A stretch of 64,000 bases of DNA, from contig NW_027140807.1 in the NCBI RefSeq assembly GCF_036365525.1, positions 930,001 through 994,000 of the forward strand, in the 5' to 3' direction. The notes beneath the pieces were generated by a model that was given only the letters and a program-made list of their open reading frames with translations, was not told the origin of the DNA and ran no database searches. The translations under genes and the position numbers were made by a program. Shown here in pieces: positions 25,348-37,193 of this stretch. This DNA comes from Heterodontus francisci (Eukaryota). How positions within the stretch are numbered: the first letter of the stretch is position 1; every line of letters starts with the position of its first letter.

Positions 25348-25659
25348 GTGAGTCCAGGAATGTTAGACCAACTCTGAGAATGCACGTTGTCTGAAATGGT
25401 TGGAAAGAGGTTTAAGGCTCCGGGTTCATTGGTGAAAGACATTTTTCCAATGCATTTAAGATATGGTTGCGCCCAAACAGGGACAGAGAGAGAGAGGGGG
25501 AGAAAGATTGATTCTTGAACTGTCTTCGTGTTTAAAGAAGGGAAAATTTCTCCCATTTAGCTTACTATGGACAAACAAACAAGAGCTGTATTATTCACTC
25601 AAATATTCGGCAACATTTCAGAGACCAGTATAGTTTAGTAACAGGGCTGAAACACTGTG

Positions 25660-25712
25660 TTCTGGAAGCTCCGAGTATTTCTTTGGCGACGGGACTAAAC
25701 TGACTGTGTTGG
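25660..25712 (+). CDS. TRBJ: J2.9 SGSSEYFFGDGTKLTVL
   Basis: FGxG; AGTTTAGTA-12-CACTGTG; GTGAGT donor. Confidence 0.94.
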
Positions 25713-26768
25713 GTGAGTTGGACGTTCTTTGAAAAAAAATGATTGTAGCTCACGCTGTTTCTGAGTTTCAGTTTGCAACTGAAATGCTGCATTGACAAAT
25801 AACAAAAAAATTTCAGGCAGCATTTCCAATGTGCATAAAAGCCAGAATACATGGAAAATACTAAGATGCACAGGGAAATACATTTTTTTAATTCGTTCGT
25901 GGCATGTGGACCAGAATGTATTGCCCATCCCTAATTGCCCTCTGAGTGGTTTGCTAGCTCATTTTTTTTCATCAGATATGGGCGTCGCTGGCAAGGCCAA
26001 GATTTGTTGCCCAACCCTAATTGCTCTTGGACTGGATGGTTTGCTGAATCAGAAGGCAGTTGAGAGTCAACTGAAGTCTGAAGTCACTTATGTGACAACA
26101 GGCGGGGTTTTCTGACAATTGACGATAGTTTCATGCAGTTAAACCAGACTTTCATTTATCAGTTGAAGATAAATTCCTCGAGCTACCCTCGGGATTTGAA
26201 CTAGAACATTACTAGCACAGTAACATTATCACTTTGCAACCATCGCCCCTGCACTCAATGGGGTGTAGGTCTTTCCACAGTCCTGTCAGGGAGGGAGTTG
26301 TAGATTTGTGAACCGTTTTCTCAGAGGGCAGATTATTTGTTTCCAAAAAATGCTGTCATAATTCTTCCCCCAGAATGAGTGAAATAAAACATCATAATTA
26401 CATTTAATTATATAGAATTTACAGTGTGTAAGCAAGCCAGTGGTGAAACTGCACACGAGCCTCCTCTCACCCTTACTTCATCCAATCTTCTATTCCTTTC
26501 TCTCCCATGTCTTTTTCCAACTCACTCCTTGAAAGCATCACCACAATTCACCTCAACCCATTCCCTGTGGTAGTGCATTCCACATTATTACCACTATCTG
26601 AGTAACGAACTTCCCTTTCTATTCCTCACAATGATTTTCTAATTAACATTATAATGCCCTTAACATAAAGAGTCAAATCTCCAGTGCATTCTGTGTGAGG
26701 TTTTGCATCAGTGCACCAGCTTCATTGCTCTTCGACCTGTAGTTATACTATTGTCATGTAACATTGTG

Positions 26769-26821
26769 TACAGGAAATACTCCGTATTACTTCAGTGACG
26801 GGACAAAATTGATTGTTTTAG
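26769..26821 (+). CDS. TRBJ: J2.10 TGNTPYYFSDGTKLIVL (non-canonical FSDG)
   Basis: AGTTATACT-12-CATTGTG; GTGAG donor; G-to-S in FGxG. Confidence 0.85.
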
Positions 26822-28175
26822 GTGAGCACAGAACTGAAGCTTTTGTTGTTTTCGTTAATGAGGATCCTTGAGATTCTCAGACGAAATTAGATGCTCTAAA
26901 ATACATCATGTTCTCGGTCACAGGATCACCTCGCCGATTTATATTGGCAGCCGGACCTGCAAAATCTTGGTTTAAGTGCTTTCACATTTGTTTTCAACTC
27001 AACCCAAGGCCTCGCTGTCTCCCTGTCCCTGTAACGTCCTCCAGCCCCTACAAACCTCCCTATCCCAGCACATCGACAATCTTATTATCCTTTCAAAAAT
27101 ATAGAAAATGGTGTGTGACATTAAACTGACAGAGAAGTGCATTGGGTTGTCTAACGTAGAATGTTATGGTGGAATACCTTCTTGTGATTGGATGAATTGT
27201 TTTGGAATTGGGAGACATTCCTTCGGTTCTTTTCTGAGCAGGGTTATTGGGTGGAGTAGAATCCAGGATAGATATGGCTGTAAAGACTGACCCTAATACT
27301 TTTGTCAATCCAGACTTTACGGGCTTGCAGCCAAAAATAAGTCAACAATTCTGAGCTGTCTTATGTTGCCGCATAAGACTGTTAACCTCGCATTAATTAA
27401 TAAAAATGACCTCTTCGATTTTGTTTTAGTAGACTGTACATTGCCTTTATCCGTATAAAATTCAATCCCATTCTTAAACAGAGTTTGTTCAGCTTGTAAT
27501 GATGAAGGTCGTAAAACTGTGATCTTCTGGAATGAATGCTCACTGTTGATAATGGTACAGCCTTCTAAAAACAGTTGATAGAAATAATTAGACAAATATG
27601 CATGTTGGACACAATAATACCACTCGGCCCATCTTACGAGAGTCGGCTGTTGGGAAATGTTCTCCAATTCGCCTCCCTCACCCCTTTTCTTTCTATACAG
27701 CCCTGCAATTTTCGCCTTTTTGAACTGTGATTTTGAAGTTCAGTATGGAATCAGTATCTATCACACTTTCAGGTAATGCATTCCATATCAGACAAAGTCG
27801 TTGTGTAAAGAAGTGGCCCCCTCAATAAACATCTGGATCTTTTGCCAATTGCTTTAAATTTATGTTCTCTGGTTGTGAAATCTCCGGCCAGTGGAAACAG
27901 CTTCCCCCTACTGACTCTCACAAAGCCGTTCGTGGGTTTGAAAGCAGCTATTAAATCTCTCCTTCACCTTCTCTGGGAGAACAATCCCAGCTTCTCCAGT
28001 CTGTCCACATAACTGAGTACCTCATTTCCAGGACCATTCCAGTAAATCTCTTTCTGCACACTCTCCAAGACCTTGATATCCTTCCGAAAGTGTGGTGCCC
28101 TGGTTTGGAAACGAGACTCCAGATCAGGCCGAACTGAGGGCCCTGGTAGTTTCACAACTGGCCTGTGAAATTGTA

Positions 28176-28231
28176 TTCAGCTGGGACCTCGATCTCTTAC
28201 TTTGGCTCTGGGATTAAGCTGACAGTTCCAG
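28176..28231 (+). pseudogene. TRBJ: J2.11 SAGTSISYFGSGIKLTVP (defective heptamer)
   Basis: FGxG and GT donor intact, but the heptamer position reads AATTGTA (invariant CAC lost). Confidence 0.75.
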
Positions 28232-28773
28232 GTAGGTAAACAAAAATAGATCTCAATATGCAAATTTAATTCGCTCTAAGTGTTCATTCATTGCTTCGTA
28301 AATCTGCCAAAACTCACAAACCTAGACACATACTGGAAAACGTGAATCCCAAGATGCACAATTTTGCAAAGACAACGTTACCAGACTTCTCTGTATCTCC
28401 CCTCTGGCCACCCCCTTTCATAATCTTTGGCGCCTCTTTCAGGTCACCTCTAAGCCTTCTCTTATCTATCGTAAAGGCCATTCAGTCTTTCCTGATAGGT
28501 AAATATATATGAAAGCGAGAACTGTGCACAGTGATCCAAGTGCGGTCTAACCGAGGGATATGGAGACCAGAACTGTGCACAGAACTCCAAGATCGTCTAA
28601 GCAAATTTTACCATAATTTCTCTGCTTTCAAATGGAATGGTGGAGAAAAGGTCAAACAAATCTACACATTGCAATTGGTTGAATGATAACTGTTCAAAGG
28701 TGTCAGAGCATTCGATGAAGTATCGTGTAATCATTGGTCCCCAGCAGTTTTAATACTGCTTTGTAACACTGTG

Positions 28774-28829
28774 TTCTGGAAACAGCACACCTCTCCGCTT
28801 TGGCGATGGGACAAGATTAACAGTTCTGG
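28774..28829 (+). CDS. TRBJ: J2.12 SGNSTPLRFGDGTRLTVL
   Basis: FGxG; AGTTTTAAT-12-CACTGTG; GTATGT donor. Confidence 0.94.
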
Positions 28830-29436
28830 GTATGTAAAACCGAGCGATTTGTCCCCCCAGTGGTCAATGTAAAAGCATTAAGCTTCACTAATGTAAAAGC
28901 AGAGAGGCAAGGCTCAACTAGTAGTGATTATTTTAAAAGCTGAACTCAGGAAGGGCCACTGTCGAGTTTATAACAGATGCAAACCCTAGACAACGATTTT
29001 GTAATGGACTCCAATCAAACATAAGAAGCCACAAAGGACCATTCATCCCTTGAGCATCTTCCACCATTCACTTAAATTATGGCTGAGTTTTATCTTAGCG
29101 CCAGCGACCGTCAAACAAAAATTCTTGAATGTAATAAACAAAGACTAGATCTAGTCAAGGTTGTAGAAGATTAGATACTAAATGGCAAACTCACCTAGTC
29201 TTCCTTCAAGAAAATAACTAAATTGAGTTCATAAGGAATTGACTTACATTTACGCTGAAACACTATCTAAAATCAGAATTCAAAGTGAGAGGTACGTGGC
29301 AATGTCCAGACAGCTTAACAATTTCACTATATACTTACTTGATACACGAAATAAATACAGTGAACAAGCTACAGTATTGACAGTCTATGGGAACTGTTAG
29401 GCCATCCTAGTTTTCTGATCGGAATGTAGCATTGTG

Positions 29437-29488
29437 GATGTAACTACTAACTTTCATTTTGGCCCCGGTTCCAAATTAACAGTGTTGG
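29437..29488 (+). CDS. TRBJ: J2.13 DVTTNFHFGPGSKLTVL
   Basis: FGxG; AGTTTTCTG-12-CATTGTG; GTAAGT donor. Confidence 0.93.
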
Positions 29489-30650
29489 GTAAGTTTTAAA
29501 AAATGTAACGTTTTGAGCGCGTCAATTAAGTTAGTTGTATATTTATCCATGGCATTGCACTCCAGTACATAACTGCACAGTGCTGTATGTCTGACCCTGC
29601 TACCCAGATTTCCCTCGTTGCCCCACTTATTACCAAATGATTGTAATAATGATTATATTTAATTCGCAATATTTCAGCAAGATATATTCTGAAAACTGGT
29701 AGGGTAATGCAGAGAGGATTAAGTGGTGGTGGGGTGATTGATACCAGGGAGAAAGGATTTCAGCTTTATAGAGAGACTGGAAAAGCTGAATATTGTTCTC
29801 CTTGGAGCAGAGAAGGTTCAAGAAGATTTGCCAGTGTGGTACCAGGGATGAATGACTTCAATTGTATGGAGATACTGGAGAAACTGGGGTTGTTCTCCTT
29901 AGAGAAGAGAAGGTTAAGGTGAGAATTAATATCATATTCAAAATGTCCAAAATCATATGGTTTGTAATAGAGTAAATAATAACTCATTTCAGCTGGAAGA
30001 AGGGTCGGTAAGCAGAGAGAACAGATTGGTGATTGGTAAAAGAAACAAAGAGGGAGATGAGTATTTGCTTTTACACAGCCAGTTGTTGTCATGTGGAATG
30101 CACTGCCTGAAAATAGCTTAAACAATGCATTTGATGCACACTTGAAGGCTAACAAATGCAGGGTTATGTGGAAACAGCAAGAAGCTCTGGGTGTTAGCAG
30201 AAGATTGAGCAACCTGCAGGCTTAATTCTAATTGGTATCCTCTGATGCAGTACGACATAGTACTTGTCTGCATCTTTAATATCGACTAATATCCAATAAT
30301 AACAGCAAACAAAGCACAGGGCTTCCTTTGCAGGGGATTGGCTAGCATTCCAAAGCAGAGAAGTTACATGAAACTTATATAGAACTTTGGTTAGATTGTT
30401 GCAATTACAATGAATTTCGATGTAAAATCCCCAGCACCAACTCCATCCATCTAGAGGGGAGAGACACTCTTGTTAGTTTTAGAACATAGAAAAATACAGC
30501 ACAGAACAGGCCCTTCGGCCCACGATGTTGTGCCGATCCTTTGTCCTCTGTCAAGGACAATTTAATCTATACCCCATCATTCTCCTTTATCCATATACCT
30601 ATCTAAAAGCCGTATAGAACATACGGCTCGTGTAGGGTTGTAGCATGGTG

Positions 30651-30701
30651 CTTCAGAATATGAACAGTATTTTGGAGGGGGCACGAAGCTAAGCGTTTCG
30701 G
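30651..30701 (+). CDS. TRBJ: J2.14 SEYEQYFGGGTKLSVS
   Basis: FGxG; heptamer CATGGTG with a poor nonamer; GTGAGT donor. Confidence 0.88.
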
Positions 30702-33079
30702 GTGAGTAGCTGACAGTACAAGAGGTCTCAGTTAATGATGGATGGACCAAAGTCTGCTGTTGTTATACGGATGCAGTTCTCTAATTGTGGGGAGGGATTT
30801 TAGCAGATGAACACAAGGATTCATTTCACGTGTCGGGGACATTTACGCGGGATTAGTGCATTGTTCTGTCAGTGAGGCGGTGGCTCCTTATTTCTGTAAC
30901 TTCCTCTAGAGCTTTAAGAAACCCTGATGATTTCTCTCTGCTCCATCAATTCTGGCCTCTTGTGCATCCTCCGCTCCCTTGAACCCACCATTGGCGGATG
31001 TGCCTTCAGCTGCCTGAGCCCTAAACCCTGGAATTCCCTCCTTATACACCTCTGCTTCTCTCCCTCTCTCCTTCTTTGAGAAGTATCTTAGAACCTACTT
31101 CTTTGACAGGTCACCTGTCCCTAATATCTACTTCGATAACTCGGTATCAAGTTGCTGTCTGAGTTGCTCTTATATTGAGATTTTTCACTGCATCAACGGT
31201 GCTGGGTAAATGCAATTTCTTGTTGTTATTAATCACCAGGTAGGCCTCGCCTGGAGTATTGTGACCAATTCGTGGCTAACACACTTTGGGAAGGATGTCA
31301 AGGCCATAGAGAGGGTGCAGAAGATGTTTACTAGAATGGTACCAGACATGGGAATGTTTCACTTGTGTGTAGAAATGGGAGAAGCTGGGATTGTTCTCCT
31401 TAGAGCAGAGAAGGCGAAGGGGAGATCAGTGTTGTTTTATTAAACTTATTCTTACAATAAAGACACATTTGCAAGTAACCAGGAAAAGCAGACAAAATAT
31501 GAAGGGAAAATTAATTGAAGACAAACAACAGCGTGGTGAATCCCGGAGGGAGGAAGTCCCAATAAAAATACAATTGTTAAGACGAAAATTAAACTTGTGT
31601 TCAGCCCCTTTGGAAACAGGCAGATTTTGGACAGCAACGTGCGCAAGGCACTTTCGTGTATTGCAGCAAAGGTACCAAACGAACGAGTGCTTGGTAAAGA
31701 CGCACCATTGTCAAACTGCATCTGTCAATTGCAGCTCAACTGGTTGAGAAAGAGACCAGTTCTCAAAATACAGCTTGGGTTTAAGTATTTCAGTGAAGTT
31801 ACACAGTGGTGACACTCTTACCTCCGAGTCAAAAAAAAAAGCAAATTCCACATTCTCACTATTCTCTGGGTGAAGAGGAGTCTCCTGAAATCTCCATTGG
31901 TTCAATATTCAGAACAAAAATGTAACAAAATTAGGCATCAGTCATTATGTTAATGATTGTATCATTTTAATATTCATGGTATTCTCACAGAGTCTTGACT
32001 GTAAACCCAAACCTGTTCAGGTATTTCTTTCGCAATATTCCGCTCATAGAGCTTTCGAGTTAAAGAACTGACTGTGGAGTGTAGTCACTGTTGTAATGTA
32101 GGGAAAGGTTTCAGCCAAAATGCGCACAGCAAGATCCCACAAGCATCATTGCACGAAATGACCAGATAACCGGAAATGGTGGATGTGAAGTGTTGAATGA
32201 CGGATAAATATTGGCTCGGACACACTCCCCTTATTTTCGTTGAGCCAATACATTGTTTCTCAAACGGTACAATTTTAAATTGGGTGCAGGAACAGAGAAA
32301 CCAGGGATGTATGTTCATAAATCTATGAAGGTGGCAGGGCAGGTTCAAAAGGCTATCAAAATGCACACTGAATCCTTTTGGCTCTGTAAACAGAGGCACA
32401 GAGGGCAAAAGCAAAGCTGTTATCATGAACATTTATAAAACACTGTTTAGGCCTCAGTAGCAGCATTGTGTTCCATTTTGGTGCCACCCTTTGGAAAACA
32501 GGTTAAGTCCCCAGAGAGAATGCAGAGTAGATTGACTGGAATGGTTCCAGAGTTGAGGCACTTCAGATATCGTGAAGAGATTGAAGAAGCTGGGATTGTT
32601 CTCCTTGGAGCAGAGAAGGTACAGGGAAAATTTTAATCGAGGTGCTGAAACTCAGGAAGGCTTTCGATAGAGTTAAAAGGGAGAAACCTTTTTTTCCAGT
32701 GGTAGGAGGTTCGGTAACCAGAAGGACACAGATTTAAGGTCGTTGGCAAAAAAAAGGGGGGGATGAGGAAATATTTTGTTTAAACAGCGAGTTGTTGTGA
32801 TTTGGAATGTAATGCCTGACATGGTGCTGAAAGCAGATTCAATAGTAGCTTCACTTCAAAAGTAGCTTTCAAAAGGGAAATAGAGAGAGTTTGAAGGTAC
32901 ATAGTTTACTGGGTTATGTGAGAAGAACGGGGTGGGGAGTAGGATTCATTGGCTAGTTCTACCAAAGAGCTGGAATTCACACAACAGGCCGAATGGTCCC
33001 CTCCTTTCATGTGTGAGCTTACGGTAGCACTAATTATTAAATATTACATTTGGGGGAAGAGACAAGAGTAGGATTCGAA

Positions 33080-33660
33080 TCATAATACAGCACGGAGGGG
33101 GGCCATTCAGCCCATCGAGTCCATGCCAGCTCTCTGTCTGGCAATCCAATCAGTCCCACTCCCTCGCTCTATCCCTGTGGCCCTGCAAGTTAATTTGCCT
33201 CAAGTGTCCATCCAATTTCCTTCTGAAATCATTCATTGTCTCCGCTTCCACCACCCTTGTAGGCAGCGAGTTCCAGGTCATTACCACACGTGGCATTAAA
33301 ATGTCCCTCCTCACACCCCCCTGCATCTTTTGCACGGCACCAGAAATCTGTCTCTCCTGGTCCTTGTACCAACAACTAATGGGTGAAGCTTTTCTTTGTC
33401 TACCTTATCTAAATCCGTCATAATCTTGTACGCTGCCATCAAATCTCCCCTCAATCTCCTTTGCTCCAAGCAGAACAATCCCAGCTTCTCCAACCTAACC
33501 TTGTAGCTAAAATCCTTCATCCCTGGAACCATTCTGTTAAATATCCTCTGCACCCTCTCAAGGACACTCACTACCTTCCTCAAATGTGGTGGTCAGAACT
33601 GGCTGCAAAACTCTAGTTGTGGCCTAACCAGAGCTTTAGAAATGTTCCCCATAACCTCCC
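33080..33660 (-). mobile_element. CR1-type LINE 3' fragment (similar fragments at about 12280-12790, 15430-15990, 21600-22140, 24590-25145, 27590-28135, 29700-30200, 32270-33000, 34785-35310, 36600-37130)
   Basis: LERVQR.F.RMVPG..Y..RLEKLGLF.LEQRRLRGDL motifs in the ORF track, plus the gggccgaatggcct tail. Confidence 0.88.
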
Positions 33661-33905
33661 TGATAGGAAAGGGCTCTAGATAATGGGACAAGGTGAGTGA
33701 TAGCCTTTTTATTGAGAACAGGCTGGCCCAGAGTTCAGGACGACACTTTTCAGATAGACAGGAGAACCTCTTTCATAATGAGACAGACTTGTACTTCCCT
33801 CAATGACTAAGAGGTTGAGATGATCATTTTCTGCCACTTTGGGTTAAAATGTACAAAAGCAGGTCGAGGTTGCAAACTGATTCTACGTTTTATGACTGAT
33901 CGGTG

Positions 33906-33958
33906 TTCGGGAAACAGAGAGGTTTATTCTGGAGTTGGCACAAAATTAACTGCTCTGG
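33906..33958 (+). pseudogene. TRBJ: relic J SGNREVYSGVGTKLTAL, 93 bp upstream of the C exon
   Basis: F-to-S in FGxG, donor GT-to-CT, poor RSS (ATCGGTG); TKLT.L retained. Confidence 0.8.
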
Positions 33959-34051
33959 CTAGAATTGAAAGGTTGATATTGTTTGGTGGTTTAAAATTCT
34001 CAAGACGGGTTTCATACTCATCCATATTCTCTCCATTTACTTTTCCTGCAG

Positions 34052-34402
34052 GCGAAAACGATACGATTAGGCCTGCCAAAGTTACTGTCTTTGAGCCCTC
34101 TCCCGAAGAGATTAGAGAAAAGAAAAAAGCCACTGTGGTCTGCCTCGTAAGCGACTTCTACCCCGACAACATCAAGATCCACTGGCTTGTCGATGGCAAG
34201 GAGAAAGATGCCAATGACACGAACATTCACACTGATCTCAATGCCATCCTATCAAAAGAAAATACATCTTACAGCATCAGCAGCCGGCTGAGATTCGACG
34301 CCCTAGATTGGGCTCGGTCCAAGAACGTTGAGTGCAGAGTCGATCTCTACACTAACGAATCAGTGCCTACAACAAGCAGTTCAACATTAGCTGTCAAAGC
34401 AG
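34052..34402 (+). CDS. TRBC: TCR beta constant exon 1 (Ig C1 domain)
   Basis: cctgcAG acceptor; VTVFEPSPEEI..KATVVCLVSDFYPD..W..SISSRLRF..W..VECRV; GT donor at 34403. Confidence 0.97.
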
Positions 34403-34722
34403 GTAGGCACACTAGTGAGACCAATACCATTTTATTTCAGCGTCACAGAAATCAGAAAGTTGCATTTATATAGCACCTGTGCTCTTATGAAAGTACAAAT
34501 AAGCAAGTAGATGTATCAGTTAGTCAATAAATAATTAAATAATTCATGAAATAGAACAATATTGTAGTGTAAAGGGGAAGATATGGTTAAACACTCAATT
34601 AAAATGACTCTCAATATATTAGACTACAGTGCGGGACTCAATAGTGATAATCTACATTTACACAGTGATTTCATAAAATATTCTGATGCTGAATGTTTAT
34701 TGATTTTTCTTTCTTTTCCCAG

Positions 34723-34743
34723 AAATGTGCGGTATAAGTAAAG
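34723..34743 (+). CDS. TRBC: Cbeta exon 2 (connecting peptide EMCGISK, interchain Cys)
   Basis: Polypyrimidine-AG acceptor, GT donor, phase 1-1. Confidence 0.9.
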
Positions 34744-36114
34744 GTGAATATCTATCTGCTTCTATCTGTATCTGGTCTCCACACTTTGTAAAGGAGGTGA
34801 AGGTCCTTGAGAGGGTGCAGAGGAGATTTACCACAATGGTTCCAGAGATGAGGAATTTTAGCTAAAAAGTTACATTGGAGAACCTGGGTTGTTCTCCTTG
34901 GAGAAAAGGAGATTGAGGGGCTATTTGACAGTGTTGTACAAGATTATGACAGGTTTACAATAGGTAGACAAAGAAAAGTTGTCCCCATGAGTTGCTGGCA
35001 CAAGGACTGGGGGGGGGGGTCTCTGTGTTCAGGCTTTGGGAAAAATATGCAGTGGGGGGGGTGGGGGATGTGAGGAAGAAGTGTTTTATGCAGCGAATGG
35101 TAATGACCTGGAAGTCACTGTCTACGAGGGTGGTGGAAATGGAGATAATGAATGATTTCATAAGGAAACTGGACGGACTGTTGAGGGTAATTAAATTGCA
35201 GGGCAATGGGGATGGAAGGGGAGAGCTGGACTGACTGGATTGCTCTATAGAGATCCTGCATGGACTCGATGGGCCGAATGACCTCTTTCTGTGCTGTAAT
35301 GACTCCATGACTCAAAAAATATTCACCAATAATTCTGGAATTATTACTGTGTCAGACATTTCATGTATATACTCATTTCAACATTTCCAAGCTGTAGTTT
35401 TACAGTTATACATACTATCATGCACAACGAGTTTATGAGAAAACTCCTCTGGGAGAGAAAGGCCGTTGGAATTTCGAGACCAGCCTAGTCGAATGATATA
35501 ACCTCACGGTCCTCTTGGGTTCACGACCTCAGGGAAATATGTTGCCCTGTGATGAGGGAGAGGGGACGCCTGGGGATGGGAGGGGAGGGAGCTGTGTACA
35601 CCTGTCTTAAAACTTACAATTCCTTGGGAGTTCATAGTGTGAATCTGGCGTGGAGATAAGAGGAACAGTTCCACTTCCCAGAGGTTAAATTAGTTCAACA
35701 CATCATCTCAAAGAAGGTTCCTCCAAAGTTGCAGTGCAGCACACACGCTGTCTACTGGCACTGGGAGAGTCAGTCTGGATTATGGGGTTCATGTCTTTGG
35801 ACTGGGGCATGAACCCACAATCGTACGACTCAGACAGGAGAGCGTTACCCACTCAGCTAGAGCTGATACATACGTGAGCCATAGCTGACACATAAGTTAC
35901 AGCGGCCCCAATTCAGATCGGCCATATTGCTGAACTCCATTTGTCGTAAGGAATACCCCAGGGCTCCTTGCGTCAAAGGGAGATCAGTTCTGCTTTCGCA
36001 GCTCGACCCTTACATTGGGCTCCTTCACTGACACACATTACATTTTCACGCAGTAGCATTTCTTGCCTTGAGAGAACAGAGATTGCAACATTTTCTGTTA
36101 CATTTATTTTACAG

Positions 36115-36221
36115 AGGCGAAAATCCAAAGCATGGCAACAGCAAAACTGACATACCTGATCCTCATCTGCAAAAGCATCTTTTATGCAATTTTCATCTCA
36201 ACAATTGCTTGGAAAACTAAG
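36115..36221 (+). CDS. TRBC: Cbeta exon 3 (transmembrane; EAKIQSMATAKLTYLILICKSIFYAIFISTIAWKTK)
   Basis: Conserved TM Y..L..K(S)..Y (CART) motif with the charged Lys; canonical splice sites. Confidence 0.95.
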
Positions 36222-37166
36222 GTAAGATTAAACTTACTGAAGTTCTTAACATAGGTATTGTAATGGTGAAACTGGGTAAAGAAGTTTCTCCTGAATTCCA
36301 GACTGAAATTACGAGTGACTATCCGATATTCACGAGCCCTAGTTTTGCATTCCTATTGCACGCAGATGGAATACACCAATTCACTTTCCATTCATTCCTG
36401 CGCCCACAACACTAACCAACCAATTTAATCCAGTTGAACACAATTGTCAATGTTCTGGAATTTCCCTTGGAAAATAATTGAACTTATTGTGATTTTACAA
36501 GACTTTATATGCAAGGTTAGGAATGCATGAGCAGGAAAGAGCATGTGCATGGTTCGTCTCGATTATTCGTGCACATGATGATCTGGTCAGGACAGTGATG
36601 TCGAGTCATTGGAGAGGGTGAAGGGGCGATTTACTTGAACGGTAACAGTGTTGAGGGACCTCAGTGATGTGAGGAGAATACGGAAGTTGGGATTGTTCTC
36701 CTTGGATCAGGGAAGGTTAAGGAGAGATTTATTAGAGGTGTGCACAATGATGAAGGGTTTGGATAGGACAACGAATGGGGTAACAGCTTCAAAGAGGCAG
36801 CAGGATTGCCCAACCAAGGACACAGCTGTAAGGTGATTAGCCAAGGGAGCAGAGGGGCAGGTGAGAAATATATTTTGAGCCAGCGAGTTGTTGTGGTTGA
36901 GAATGCACTGGCTGAAAGGGCGGTGGAAGCTGATTCAGTAGTAACTTTCAAGAGGGAATTGGATGAATACTTGTTTGAGGGGGTGGAGGTAGTGGGGGAG
37001 GGGATAGTCTCAGGGCTATAGGGGAAAGAACTGTGAAATGGGACTAATTGGACAGCTCTTTCAAAATGCCAGTATAGGCACGCGGGACGAATGGCCTCCT
37101 TCTGTTCTGTAACAGTCCATAATTCCATGACGATAATAACGCCCTCTTTTTTTTATCATATACCAG

Positions 37167-37193
37167 ACGTCTTACAGCAAAAGGTTTGACTGA
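37167..37193 (+). CDS. TRBC: Cbeta exon 4 (cytoplasmic TSYSKRFD*)
   Basis: Polypyrimidine-cAG acceptor, phase 0, TGA stop. Candidate polyA signals ATTAAA (37442) and AATAAA (37969). Confidence 0.88.
   Translation, partial: TSYSKRFD

Noticed and set aside
27180-27230. CFGIG J-like motif
   Set aside because: No T.L.V tail, no donor and no convincing RSS.
31590-31640. PFGNR J-like motif
   Set aside because: No FGxG, donor or RSS.
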